Source: Octopus sinensis
Taxonomy: Eukaryota
Length of the DNA: 64,000 nt
NCBI RefSeq assembly: GCF_006345805.1
Contig: NC_043003.1
Location: forward strand, 9,920,001 to 9,984,000
Direction: 5' to 3'
A model generated the notes under the pieces. The model was given only the letters and a program-made list of their open reading frames with translations, had not been told where the DNA came from and searched no databases. The position numbers and the translations under genes are program-made. The first letter of the stretch is position 1. The number at the start of each line of letters is the position of its first letter. Positions 13,819-26,707 of this stretch are shown here, piece after piece.

Positions 13819-14244
13819 AGGCGTAGGAGTGGGTGTGTGGTAAGTAGCTTGCTTACGAATCACATGGTTCCGGCTCAGTCCCACTGCGTGGCACCTTGGG
13901 CCAGTGTCTTCTACTATAGCCACCGGCCGACCCAAGCCTTGTGAGTGGATTTGGTAGACGGAGAGTGAAAGAAGCCCGTCGTATACATGTATATACACAT
14001 ATATGTATGTGTGAATATGTTTGTATGTCTGTGTTTGTAGACCCCCCCCCAACATCGCTTGACAAAAGATGCTGGTGTGTTTATGTCCCCGCAACTTAGC
14101 GGTTCGGCGACAAGAGAACGATAGAGTAAGTACTAGGTTTACAGAGAATAAGTTCTAGGGTCATTTGCTCGACTAAAAGGCGGTGCTCCAGCATAGCCAC
14201 AGTCAAATGACTGAAAGAAGTAAAAGAGTAAAGAGTAAAGAGTA
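13819..14244 (+). mobile_element. SINE-A, full length
   Basis: Head aggcgtaggagtgggtgtgtggtaag to tail (gtaaa(a)ga)n. Confidence 0.9.
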
Positions 14245-14398
14245 TATACGTCCTTCACGCATACACACACCCAAGCACACACTGACATAAACACACGTAC
14301 ATATACAAATGTTTATGAAATGTAACGTGACTGGAATGGCACTACAATGCAGAGTGGACTGTTATAATTAACAGATATAAATAATTTAATTATTCATA

Positions 14399-14450
14399 GC
14401 CTAATATAATATTTCGGAATAAATAGATTCCTTCTTCAGACATTGCTAGG
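14399..14450 (-). ncRNA. Type-I hammerhead motif (family G)
   Basis: Minus: CCTAGCAATGT-CTGAAGA-A-GGAAT-CTATTT-ATTCC-GAAA-TATT-ATATTAGG; TATT fits CpG-decayed CGTT. Confidence 0.6.
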
Positions 14451-14939
14451 AAGTAATAGAGTGACTGTTAGAAACAGTTTATATATATGGGTTACTCTTC
14501 ATTGATAGTAAGAGCAAGAGAAAATGTACTCCATCTGGTGAAAGATTATAATTTAATAAACTGTATATATTTTTATCAATTACTGGTAGTTTCACGCGAT
14601 GGGAACATAGATAGCATTTTTTAATACGCTTGGTGCCTTCACGCTATCCTCAGTCTTAGGATACACTGTGTTTATTCTATATATAGCTTGTGCTTAGCAG
14701 GGCACTTTGATTTGTTGAAGTCCGTTCCCGCTAATCCGATTTAACATCTTAAAAAGTTTCTTGGTATAACGCTTCTTATTTACTAAAGGCGCTCCAAGGC
14801 TTTCGTAATACTGTTGTATTACGATGGAATAGGCTTACGTGTACTTCTCATACTGACTTACTCGAAGACACTGACCTACTGCATACGCTTTAGCTTCTAT
14901 TGTCTGAAACCCGTTCCTCCTAAGCCGATTTTGCCTCTT

Positions 14940-15006
14940 TCATCATCTAATCTATCTAATCTATCTATCTATCTATCTATCTACTATCTATCTATCTATC
15001 TATCTA

Positions 15007-15097
<91 letters not shown>

Positions 15098-15145
15098 ATA
15101 TATATATAATATATATATATATCTATATATGTATATCTATATATG

Positions 15146-15199
<54 letters not shown>

Positions 15200-15212
15200 A
15201 TATATTATCTAT

Positions 15213-15287
<75 letters not shown>

Positions 15288-15345
15288 CATATATATACAT
15301 ATATATATATATGTATATCTATATATGTATATTTATCTATCTATC
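14940..15345. repeat. Compound microsatellite (TATC, TCTG, TC, TA)
   Basis: Direct reading. Confidence 0.95.
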
Positions 15346-15349
15346 TATT

Positions 15350-16040
15350 TATGGTACCGCGAGTGTCGCGTTGCTCTCAAGCAACTCTGCCGTCCGGGAC
15401 CAAATTTGTGCGACTTCATTACAACAAAGGCGTTCTATAGAGGATTAGTGATGGGGAGGTGCGACGATGTCCTCGGGCAGAATCTGGGCGTCGACGAGAG
15501 ACACCTGACCCGCCTGTTCAGGACAACTTTCGGGCTGGGACCTATGGACAATCACCAAACATCTCTGGCCTGGCAGTGCTATCGAGAAGTATTACCTGTT
15601 CGGGATAAGCTCTACAGGCACGGTTCGAGACACACTAGACCGACTTGCCCAAGATGCGGTCAGAGCGACGAAACAGTTCTGCACGCACTCGTGCAGAGTC
15701 CATCCATATCGGACCTGTGGGCTTATGCCGAACGGCTGCTCTCACGTGTGGAACGAGTCCGCCTGTCGGCCGAGTCTATCGTGGAGGTTGCACCGCCCCC
15801 TTCCCTCAACCGGTGGCTATGGTGAAAGAATGTGTGTGGTGGACGCGAGCGAAAGGATTAGAGACGAACTCTTATCTATCTGGCCAATCGCTCATCAACT
15901 TTTTCAAGTACCACTTGCAAAGGAAGGTGAGAATGGAAAGGCAGGTTTTGTCTCGTGAAAGTTTCACAAAAAGGTGGGTCAATGTAGCAAAGATGGTGCG
16001 TGCGAGTGACGAAACTACTTCGAGCATGAACCTGTAAATC
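15350..16040 (+). mobile_element. Tx1/L1-like LINE 3' fragment (ORF2 C-terminal zinc knuckle)
   Basis: [38 protein letters not shown] is a zf-RVT-type CCHC region; homologous to 56225-56960 (FYRGLV..DVLG..FRxTFG). Confidence 0.8.
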
Positions 16041-16109
16041 GTAAAAGAGAGAGAGAGAGCACTTTGCTCTCGTGTGTTTATTTCCTCCCGGCCTGAGGTT
16101 ACCATGATC

Positions 16110-16130
16110 TTTTCTGATAGATAGATAGAT

Positions 16131-16189
<59 letters not shown>

Positions 16190-16195
16190 CAGATG

Positions 16196-16256
<61 letters not shown>

Positions 16257-16260
16257 GTGG
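16110..16260. repeat. (GATA)n microsatellite
   Basis: Direct reading. Confidence 0.97.
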
Positions 16261-16494
16261 AGAGGAAGAGGAGGGAGAGATTTCTTTTCAATTTGCCATG
16301 TACTTAACAATTATATATGTATTTAGTTATTTATTATTGTATGGCTATTGGTTTAAATGGTATTTTGTACTCTTTTTCTATAACTAATAATGCTGGCTGA
16401 CAAAATAGAGACGACCACCGGTAATTTATGGTGTACCCATCAATCAAAGATGTAATTCCCTTCATTCTTGTTCATGTACTATCTTGAAGATATT

Positions 16495-17175
16495 CTTTTA
16501 TTCTTTTATTCTCTTACTTGTTTTAGTCATTTGACTGCAACCATCTTGGAGCACCGATTTAAAGTGTTTTAGTCTCAGAAACGAACCGCAGGGCGTATTC
16601 CTTGTATGCCTAGAACTTATTCTACCGGTCACTCTTGCCGAACCGCTAGGTAACGGGGACATAAACACATCAGTATAAATTGTCAAGTGATGGTGGTAGT
16701 GGGCAGGGGACAAACACAGACACACACACACACAAACAGATATATACATATATATAAGGCGGCGAGCTGACAGAAACGTTAGCACGCCGGGCGAAATGCG
16801 TAGCCGTATTTCGTCTGTCGTTACGTTGTGAGTTCAAATTCCGCCGAGAGTCGACTTTGCCTTTCATCCTTTCGGGTCGATAAATAAAGTACCAGTTACG
16901 CACTGGGGTCGATTTGTAATTGACTAATCCCTTTGTCCTGTCTTGTTTGTCCCCTCTATGTCTAGCCCCTTGGGTGGGCAATAAAGATAGATATATTACA
17001 TATATACGACAGGCTTCTTTCAGTTTCCGTCTACCAAATCCACTCACAAGGCTTTGGTCGGCCCGAGAAATTAGTAGAAGATACTAGCTTAAGGTGTTAC
17101 GCTGTTGTGTGGGACTGAACCAGGAACCATGTGGTCGAGAAGCAAGCTTCTTACCACACAGCCACGTCTGTGCCT
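16495..17175 (-). mobile_element. SINE-A interrupted by a nested SINE-B
   Basis: Head at about 17005-17175 and tail at about 16495-16750, both minus; SINE-B lies in the internal microsatellite. Confidence 0.8.
16757..16990 (+). mobile_element. SINE-B (tail type B2)
   Basis: aaggcggcgagctgacagaaacg..gcctttcatcctttcgggtcgataa..tagccccttgggtgggcaataaag. Confidence 0.9.
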
Positions 17176-17252
17176 ATATATAATTTCTGTGTGTGTATAT
17201 TACACACACAAACACAGACGCACGCACGCACGCACAGACACAAACACATACG

Positions 17253-17291
<39 letters not shown>

Positions 17292-17539
17292 GCACATATA
17301 ATATATATTTATAACTATATGATACTATATCATAATAATATATATATATACTCCGATTTAAAGCGATATTTATATATAAACAATTGACAAATATTTATTT
17401 TATTGGACTTTTCGGCCGAACCGCGATGTTACAGGGACGTAAACACATCAGCATCGGTTGTCAAGTGATAATAGTATGGACTAACACAGACATAGACACA
17501 CACACACACACACACACACATATGTATATATATATATAT

Positions 17540-17572
<33 letters not shown>

Positions 17573-17689
17573 GACAATGACTTCAAAAATGATGTGCTAA
17601 ACCAGGCCAGAATCGAACCCACAATTCTACTGTCTATGTCAGTAACATACGGGTTTGTTTACGAATATTCTTTTCTAATCTCGGTACAA

Positions 17690-17875
17690 GGCCCGAAATT
17701 TTTGTCAGTCGATTAGATCGATGCCTCTACGCAACCCGTACTTAATTTATCGACCCCGAAATGATTAAAAGCAAAGTCGATCTCGGCGGAATTGGAACTC
17801 AGGACGTACCGGCAGGCGAATTACCGGTAAGCATTTAGCCCGGCGTGCTAACGACTTTGTCAGCTTGCCGCCTAT
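17690..17875 (-). mobile_element. SINE-B, diverged
   Basis: Reverse complement of the SINE-B head and central block. Confidence 0.75.
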
Positions 17876-17939
17876 TTTTGCAAATATTATATGTAGTATT
17901 GATCAGTTAAGATATATATTCGTAAAATTTGGCTGAACT

Positions 17940-18100
17940 TTAAGGGTGGGCGTTTGGCCCAATTGGATACGCAAGGATCCGTGTAAGCGTTGATTTGTGC
18001 ATTCGATTCTGGCCTCGGTTAGCTCAACATTTTTCAATCAATTGCTTATATATAAATGTCACTTTAAATCAGAGTATATATATTATTATTGTGATATATT
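17940..18100 (+). mobile_element. tRNA-headed repeat (family H), homologue of the 942-1129 arm
   Basis: gggtgggcgtttggcccaattgg..gttgatttgtgcattcgattc..catttttcaatca aligns with 968-1075; its 3' part recurs inverted at about 17321-17390. Confidence 0.6.
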
Positions 18101-18194
18101 ATTATATTGTTATTATTGTACTAATAGACTTCCATAGTCACTCAATTTGTGTAACTTACAAAGCCTTTAGTTTGTTTACAAATATTATATGTTC

Positions 18195-18231
<37 letters not shown>

Positions 18232-18289
18232 CAAAATGTAACTACATGTGAATTGTTGGCAATTTTTCCTCACGTTTTCCTTTTCTTTT

Positions 18290-18450
18290 TGACTTTCCTC
18301 TGTTTCTTGTTTCTGAAGAAGAGCTTTGCTCGAAACATAAAACAACGTTTTCTTTCATTTGTTGAGCGTCTTATTGATACTTTGCATGTACCACGTCCTC
18401 GCATAGTTGTTTTCCTTGCTGTGTTGCTTTCTCTGTTCTTTGATTAATTA
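18290..18450 (+). mobile_element. Family E terminal-repeat fragment with hammerhead motif
   Basis: TTGTTT-CTGAAGA-A-GAGC-TTT-GCTC-GAAA-CATA-AAACAA (18307-18345), 6-bp helix I; tail ends in (TA)n. Confidence 0.75.
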
Positions 18451-18461
18451 TATATATATAC

Positions 18462-18515
<54 letters not shown>

Positions 18516-20239
18516 GAGAGAGAGAATTGCACATATGATTATTTAAAACGTATTCAAGACAAAAAGCAGAATTCATATTTTTGTGACATTCTATTCTGCA
18601 ATCTGATCCATCGAAGCTGCATGAAGTTTAATCCGCTTCCTGGTTTAACTCGAGAAAATATACTTATGATACATTTAATAGACGCCATTTTCTCCAAATG
18701 ATTACGCCAGGTCTGTGGTGTAGGGTTAACCTTCTCTTATTTCCTCACTAGAAATGAAGAACCTCAGAGAAGTCAAGAGTCCTGCACTTCTTTCTCTGAC
18801 TAAATCAAAAATGTAAACTATGTCGTTTTTTGTATTTTCTATTTCCTATAGTCTATCATTCTCTATTGCTTACATCAAAAGTAACTATATATTTTTGACC
18901 AATGTGATTTTCAACAAGAAACTCTTGGAACATGTTTTGCAATCATTACTTTATATAATGTGAATGATTTTTAAAACTGGCAGCTGCCTGAGGAGCAAAA
19001 ATATGAAGCTTGTTGTAGCTTGAAAAACCTAAACTCTCTCCCTCTCACTCTCTTTACATCTCCCTTTCTCCCTCCCTAATCTCCCCCCTCCCTCTCTCCA
19101 TATATATATATACACACACACAAAGGGAGAAAGTGAATGAGAAAGAAAGAATTTAATTTTTAAATTTAGATCTTGAAATTTCTCAAGCCACAACAACTGG
19201 TTTCAAGTTTGTGATCCTCAGGCAACTGTCAGTTTTAAAAGTCATTCTGTGTAGGGGTGTGTGCTTGCACATGCATTCACATATACAACAGACATAGGGA
19301 AGGAAATCAAATAATCGAAGTTCTTGTGGCTCAGATGCTGACTTTGATATCATCGTTTCGGATTCAGACACAAGGTGCGGTATCAAGCACAAATGACTTA
19401 TTCGAAAGCCCCGAACTGACTACTTCCTTGTCAGTGAATTTGATATATGGAAACTGTATAGAAACCTGTCACATATATATGTATGTACATACACACACAC
19501 ATATGTATATACACACAAACACACACGGAGGAGGAGAATTTCGATTTTCCCCACGTGGTGAGTTGTAATGCAAAGAAATATGTATAAGATAAAAGGAGGA
19601 ATATGCACACAGTATACCTAGTTTTAATACATTTTTAAATATATTTTATAAGTGAAAAAGTATTGTGTTTGTCGACCGGTTTCACTTTCGCTAATGACAT
19701 TAAAATTATCGCAATTTCGTATTTTCTTAAGAAAATTTTAGTCCATGTTGTCGAGGGGGGTTTGTGAAGGAAATGAATGAACGGGTAGAAGAATTTAAGG
19801 GGAGGTAATTGTTGATCGTTATTATTCGGGACTGGAGAGGTAATTGTTCATTGTTTGGGGGAGCAGGTAAATAGATATACAAAAACTCATAAGTTAAGGC
19901 AGTGAGAAGATACATTTATATACATATGTATATATACACACCTCATTTTAATATTGTTCTTTACAGCACTAAGTAGCCAAGAAATAAACTGGGATCAACA
20001 GATGAGAGCTGTAGGCAGATTACCATAAAACGCACCATCTGAGGAGTCCAGCCTTGGCATTTTACTCCAAGAAATTCAATATCTGCGTGGATATCATATC
20101 CCTCCTCTCACTGTGTATACGCCAAAATTATCACCATTTTATATTTTCAATTTCACGTATGCGCATTATTTGTTTTTGATTTTGTCGACTACACAGTATT
20201 GTAGGGCCAGCTGGACACTGTCATTGAGTAAAACAGCAC

Positions 20240-20911
20240 TATGACGCCAGGAATTTGGAAACGACATGCTGGACTGCATTGCATTCGCGCAGAAAGCTCC
20301 AAAAGGGACATTTCAGGCTGTTGGGTGTCAATCTCAGTCGCCACAACATGTACTGAGAGTGATAAAACTCAAACATCCAGTGAACATCATGGTATTTGGA
20401 GCGATAACTAATGATGACGGCGTTATGCTTCCGTTCGTTTACCACATGGCCTCAGACTCAACACAAGTGCCTGAAGGAGGCAGTGCTGCCCCGGCTCAAG
20501 ACGGTGGCTACGACTCTGCGCCATGCCACGCAAGTAGGAGAACGCAGCCAATTTCTGTGACTACATCACCCCTAACATCTGGCCACCTAACTCCCCAAAC
20601 CGCAACCCTCTTCATTATTATGTATGGGTGAAGTTGAGCGAGCGACAAGTAAAACTTCTTGTAACACCAAAGATGAACTGAAGGCAAGGATTATGGCAGC
20701 ATTTAACAACTTAAACAAGGAGACTGTTCAGAAGATTTGCAGGAGAGTTCGAAGTCGTCTTGAGGCCAATGGCGATTTTATTCGATAAATTTAAAATTTA
20801 GTATTTTAAGATATTTTTATGTAATTTTGGTAAATATATCTGTTAAAATGAGATGTCAGTGTTATTTTCATTTTTGCGTAGTTTAGACGACAATTCGTTC
20901 ACCGCACCCTG
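20240..20911 (+). mobile_element. Decayed maT/Tc1-mariner-type transposon with right TIR
   Basis: KHPVNIMVFGAIT..DSAPCHASRRTQ..WPPNSP..YYVW..TKDELKARIMAAFNNL (frameshifted); ends ..ttcgttcaccgcaccctg|TA. Confidence 0.8.
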
Positions 20912-21724
20912 TATGTATGTATGTATGTATGTATGTATGCATGCATGCATGCATGCATGTATGTATGTATGTATGTACACACACGCACACGACGCACGCA
21001 CACACACACATACCCACACGAGTGTATATATGCACATATCTATGTGTGTATGGGAGGAGAAAGAGAGACCAAAGACATGCAGGAAGCGGTTAGATGGTAT
21101 CCTAAATGTGAAGTTAAACCTGCGCCTTTAACAGGTACTATATAGTCGTAAACAATGACTAGAAATCTCATACCTCTTTCTTGAGAATTAATGGGATTTT
21201 GTCTTAGAAGTAATTATTTCCCTTTGATATGAGCCAACAGATTAAAGAACCGTAATGGCAAATTGATGTTTACAATCCAAGTTTAATTTCAAATTAAATG
21301 CTTAACATTTAATGGAAGATTAAAATGCATTTAAACTATCATATTCCATTTGGCGTCAAGAACAAAATTTTTGGCATTGTACTAAAATCAAACGAAATCA
21401 TGTTTCTCTGTGACTGCGAGTATAGATGACTGATGTTTTTGTTTTGTGGAATTCGCATGATGTTTTCGAACTGCCATAAGAGAAAGTTATAAAGTATGTA
21501 ATTATAATGTAATATCATTTCAGCCACACCTGGCCTTGTGCCAAAATTTAAAGCCAATATTATTACTATTTCACTGGCTATTAAAACGTGACACGATTGT
21601 TTCTCTACACGATAACATTATTGAAAATACTACAATATTGCTATACGTTTAGAACCTTCCAGTTTTACTGTTTTCCAATTACACGTTGCCTGCAAAATTA
21701 TGACTAGAAATATCAACAATGATA

Positions 21725-22510
21725 AGGTGGTGAGCTGGCAGAATCATTAGCGCGCCTGGCGAAATGCTTAGCGGTATTTCGTCTGTCTTTACGTTCTGAG
21801 TTCAAGTTCCGTCGAGGTCGACTTTGCCTTTCATCCTTTCGGGGTCGATTAAATAAGTACCAGTTACGCACTGAAGTCGATATAATCGACTTAATCTGTT
21901 TGTCTGTCCTTGTTCGTCCTCTCTTTGCTTAGCCCCTTGTGGGTTGTAAAGAAATAGGTATTTCGTCGGCCGCTACGTTCTGAGTTCAAATTCCGCCGAG
22001 GTCGACTTTGCCTTTTATCCTTTCGGGGTCGATTAAATAAGTACCAGTTACGCACTGGGGCCGATATAGTCGACTTAATCCGTTTGTCTGTCCTTGTTCG
22101 TCCTCTCTTTGTTTAACCCCTTGTGGGTTGTAAAGAAATAGGTATTTCGTCGGCCGCTACGTTCTGAGTTCAAATTCCGCCGAGATCGACTTTGCCTTTC
22201 ATCCTTTCGGGGTCGATTAAATAAGTACCAGTTACGCACTGAAGTCGATATAATCGACTTAATGTCTATGTCTGTCCTTGTTTGTCTCCTCTGTGTTTAG
22301 CCCCTTGTGGGTAGTAAATAAATAGGTATTTCCTCTGCCGTTACGTTTTGAGTTCAAATTCCGCCGAGATCGACTTTGCCTTTCATCCTTTCGGGGTCGA
22401 TTAAATAAGTACCAGTTACGCACTGAGGCCGATATAATCGACTTAATCCGTTTGTCTGTCCTTGTATGCCCCTCCAATGTGTAGCCCCTTGTGGGCAATA
22501 AAGAAATAAG
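21725..22510 (+). mobile_element. SINE-B tandem array: one head plus 4 x 184-bp units
   Basis: Unit starts (ggtatttc) at 21773, 21957, 22141 and 22325. Confidence 0.92.
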
Positions 22511-23367
22511 AGATGTCAACGATGAAAAGTAGATCTCTATGTTTAATGGTGTACATTAAAATGAAAATACTGCTTTTTAATATGACGAGGAAAAATAGGG
22601 TCCCATATAATTTGCATAAATTCCGTAACTGGTCGAAGAGAGGGAGTCAGGTATCTCAAAAACAAAAGTCTCAAATGCTTATATTTGTTTGTAAAGGAAC
22701 CGAAAAATTAGGTCGTGATACTAATCCGAGCAATGGACCAATGTATATTTAATCCTTGAATCACGATTATTTTATCTTTTTTTTTTTTTAATTTAGCAAT
22801 TCCAATTTAGAAATTATCACTGTTGTTAACTTCACCGTATACACAGTATTCTGTTCATCTGCCGTAATTAAACATGTATCTCTGCTTCAATAATTATTTT
22901 GAACGTGATGCGAAAAAGTGAAATATTTCTTAACACTCAGCAGAAAAGAGATTTTTTTTGTTTCTATGCCAAGAGTACAGCTTAGCAGTTTTATATAGTT
23001 TCTAATTGCACCGAACTCGTATAATCGCCAAATCTACGAACACGCATAAAAAACAAAAACGAGTTGATTTTAACCATAACAGCCAAAAAAAAAAAAAATC
23101 GAGAAAAAATGCGATATAAAAATTAACACAAATGAATCATTTATATAGAGCTTGGATATTTGTACAGCAATTAATTTCATCATTTTAAACCAGAATACGT
23201 ACCAATTACATTAGTGCTATAACCAGCTGCTGTGATTAATGTATTAATACATAAAAATGTCAAAATCCTATCAATATAGCACAATGTTTTACAGGCCGAA
23301 CGAACAGGGGTATGTAAAGAAGTTTCTGCGACGAATAAATCTATGAATATGCTTGTGCGCACGCGTG

Positions 23368-23405
<38 letters not shown>

Positions 23406-23625
23406 TTATTACAAACGAGACAAAAGAAACAGAGGAAACTTGATGTAATGCATAAAGTAAAATTTATTGTCAGTTAATTCAGATCTTAGTCCCCATCGTG
23501 TGATGAATATGGGTCTCATTTTAGTAGCGACATTTTTTAAACACACACACACATACACATTCATATATATATATACATATATATATAATATATATATAAT
23601 ATATATATATATATACATATATGTG

Positions 23626-23669
<44 letters not shown>

Positions 23670-23679
23670 TGTGTATTAT

Positions 23680-23713
<34 letters not shown>

Positions 23714-23715
23714 AC

Positions 23716-23746
<31 letters not shown>

Positions 23747-23772
23747 TATGTATATCTACATATATGTATATA

Positions 23773-23804
<32 letters not shown>

Positions 23805-23907
23805 GCTAGCTAGTGGTTTTGTTTTATTCATTTTGTGTTTTATTTACTTTGCTAGGTAGTCGTTGTAGGATCGACTAGTCACGATAAATGTGTATGTGTG
23901 TGTGTGT

Positions 23908-23950
<43 letters not shown>

Positions 23951-24424
23951 TAAAAGTGTACACATATTATGTCAAGGCGACTAAAAAATCGTTTAATGGC
24001 TCTTCTATCAACAAGCATACTACACAACAAGATTAGTCATTCGCATACGTATACATTTATGTTTGGGAATACAGAACGTGCTGACATGCTCGTAAATGTA
24101 CAGAGAATTTATAAAAGTAATAATACATATGGTGTGAACATGTTCAATAAGCATTTCAGTTCATATAACTATGGATGTTCCTTCTTTTATTGTTGTGCCT
24201 CTTGAATGGTTTCAGTCATCTAATTTCGGGTATACTATGCACGGTGCCGTATTTAAGCTTCGAGATGATCATAAAGGCTGTAAATAACTAATTTTCGAAA
24301 GATTAGGTTACGGCACATAAAGAAAAGAAATCGTCATCGGTTGTTAAGCTAAATAGACTTAAAGAAAGCCAAGGGTCCGGAGACGCACACTGATGTCCCC
24401 CCCCCCCCACATATAAGAGTGATA

Positions 24425-24890
24425 GAGGCAGATGTAGTTGTGTAGTAAGATGATTGCTTTCTGAACACATGGCTCCGGATTTGACTCACCCGGAAATTTT
24501 CCCTGGGCAGGTGTCTTTTACAACAGCTGCGGGCCGACTAAGGACTTATCAGTAGATTTGGTAGACGGAAGCTAAAAGAAGCCTAGCGTGTATACACACA
24601 GACAGACACACACAGACACACACACAGACAAACAAATATATTCATATACTCATACAAATGCGCCCGCGCATATGTGTATGTGGGCCTTTATACCTGTTTG
24701 TTCCGCACCACCGCTTGATAACCGGTGTTGGTGTATTTACGTTACCCTAACCCAGCAGTTCCGAGGAAGAGACTGGCAACAGGTACCAAACTTTAAAACA
24801 TAAGTACTGGGATCGATTCGTCTGGCTATAATTCTTCAAGGCGGTGTCCCACATGGTCGAGTTTAATGGCTGAAACTAGTGAAGTGATAA
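24425..24890 (+). mobile_element. SINE-A, diverged
   Basis: gatttggtagacggaagctaaaagaagcc..cgcttgataaccggtgttggtg..aagtactggg. Confidence 0.65.
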
Positions 24891-24896
24891 AAAGTT

Positions 24897-24942
<46 letters not shown>

Positions 24943-24959
24943 TAATGGACCGTTAGCTC

Positions 24960-25150
24960 CTACACGCATTTTTCTCTCCTTGTTTCTCTCCTTGTTCTTT
25001 TCTGTGTATCTTTCCTGTCGAAGAGCGTAGGCTCGAAACGTAAAAGACTGTTCTATTTCTATTCCTGAGCGCTATACTAATACATTTGTTTGTTTGTACT
25101 CCACCTGCCTTCGTCTTTTGTTTATTTTCGTAAACCTTCCCGTTATATTT
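24960..25150 (+). mobile_element. Family F terminal-repeat fragment with hammerhead-like motif
   Basis: TCTTTC-CTGTCGA-A-GAGC-GTAG-GCTC-GAAA-CGTA-AAAGAC (25009-25048). Confidence 0.75.
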
Positions 25151-25279
25151 ATATATATATATATGTGTGTGTGTATATGTATTTATGTATGTATGTATGT
25201 ATGTATGTATGTATGTATGTATGTATGTATGTATGTATGTATGTATATGTATGTATATATTCGCCATGCTGGACTGCTG

Positions 25280-25460
25280 AAATCTACAAGTTTTTTTTTC
25301 ATTCTTTCTCTGTTTATTTTCTCTTATTCCTTTCTGTTAAAGAGCGTAGGCTCGAAACGTAAAAGACTTTTCTATTTTTCCCGAGCGTCAAACTAATACA
25401 ATTGCTTGTTGTTCATACACCTGTCTTTGTCTTTTGTTTTTCTATACATTTCAACTATAC
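25280..25460 (+). mobile_element. Second tandem family F copy
   Basis: CTTT-CTGTTAA-A-GAGC-GTAG-GCTC-GAAA-CGTA-AAAG (25330-25365). Confidence 0.7.
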
Positions 25461-26493
25461 ACACACACACACACACACACAAACGCATACATACACACAC
25501 ATGTATATATGCTCACAGTAATACACACACACATGCAAATACAGACACAAACGCGCGCGCACACACATGCACGCACACACACACACACACACACAACACA
25601 TACACACATATATATAATATATAAATATATATATATACGTGATAGATGGAGCGCTGCTGACATCTTTTGTATACACACGTATATATTATATTATGTGTGT
25701 TTATATGCGACAGACAGACGTACAGCTCAATCCATCTGGGTTCAAATTTTTACTCACAACCTTTTGGATGAGAAAATCCTTCAATCGGTGGAGGTTTCAC
25801 GAGGAGCCATTTAGTGGGGATCGAATTCAAAACTCCCACAGCTGTTCAGGGAACTTCTCAACCATACAGCCATGCTAGGATTCAAACCGAATCAACAATA
25901 AAATCTACAATATATATGAATAACAGTACATTCTCAACGAGTTGTAACTTAAAATTTATTCTTTATATTATTACGTTTCTTGATCTCTAGGTCAGTTAGC
26001 CCATTTTCATGGCGCATAATGAGTAAAACCGCGACCATCACCTTCAACGGGACACCGATCTGCTGCAGGATTCAATCGTGGAAATTTTGAAAGAAAAGGT
26101 TAAGTGGATTATATCGATCCTACGACTTCAATAGTATCGTATTTCATTGACCACGATGGTATTAATGTCAAGGGTGACGTTGGTTGGATTTGAACTAAAA
26201 GCGTAATGAGTTGAAAGAGATGCTGCTAAACATTTCGTCCAAAGAGCTAACAATTCCGCCATTTCACCGCGTTAACTTAAAAGTTTAGAATGCACAATGT
26301 TCTTGGATCATAAATATATGTAGAAGCGTTTTTGTGTGCATGTGTATGCGCGCTTACGCGCCATTGTGTATTTGTGCTTATTGGAAGCACAAAGAAAATA
26401 TACAGAAAAAACCGGATTTCATCCATAAACAATAAATTGTATTAGTTAATTCAGAACATGTGTGTGTTTATGACAACGTATATTTGTATACAT

Positions 26494-26533
<40 letters not shown>

Positions 26534-26652
26534 AGATAGATAAATAAAAAAATATACAACCATACTCTCACACACACACCCATATATCAACAAATATATA
26601 TATATTTGTGTGTATATATATATATATATGTATGTTGTATATGTATATGTAT

Positions 26653-26707
<55 letters not shown>

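Noticed and set aside
14575-14660. Minus-strand CTGAGGA..GAAA-CTACCAGTA and the nearby plus-strand motif at about 14860-14915
   Set aside because: Helices I and II pair too poorly; may be very old ribozyme fossils but not supportable.
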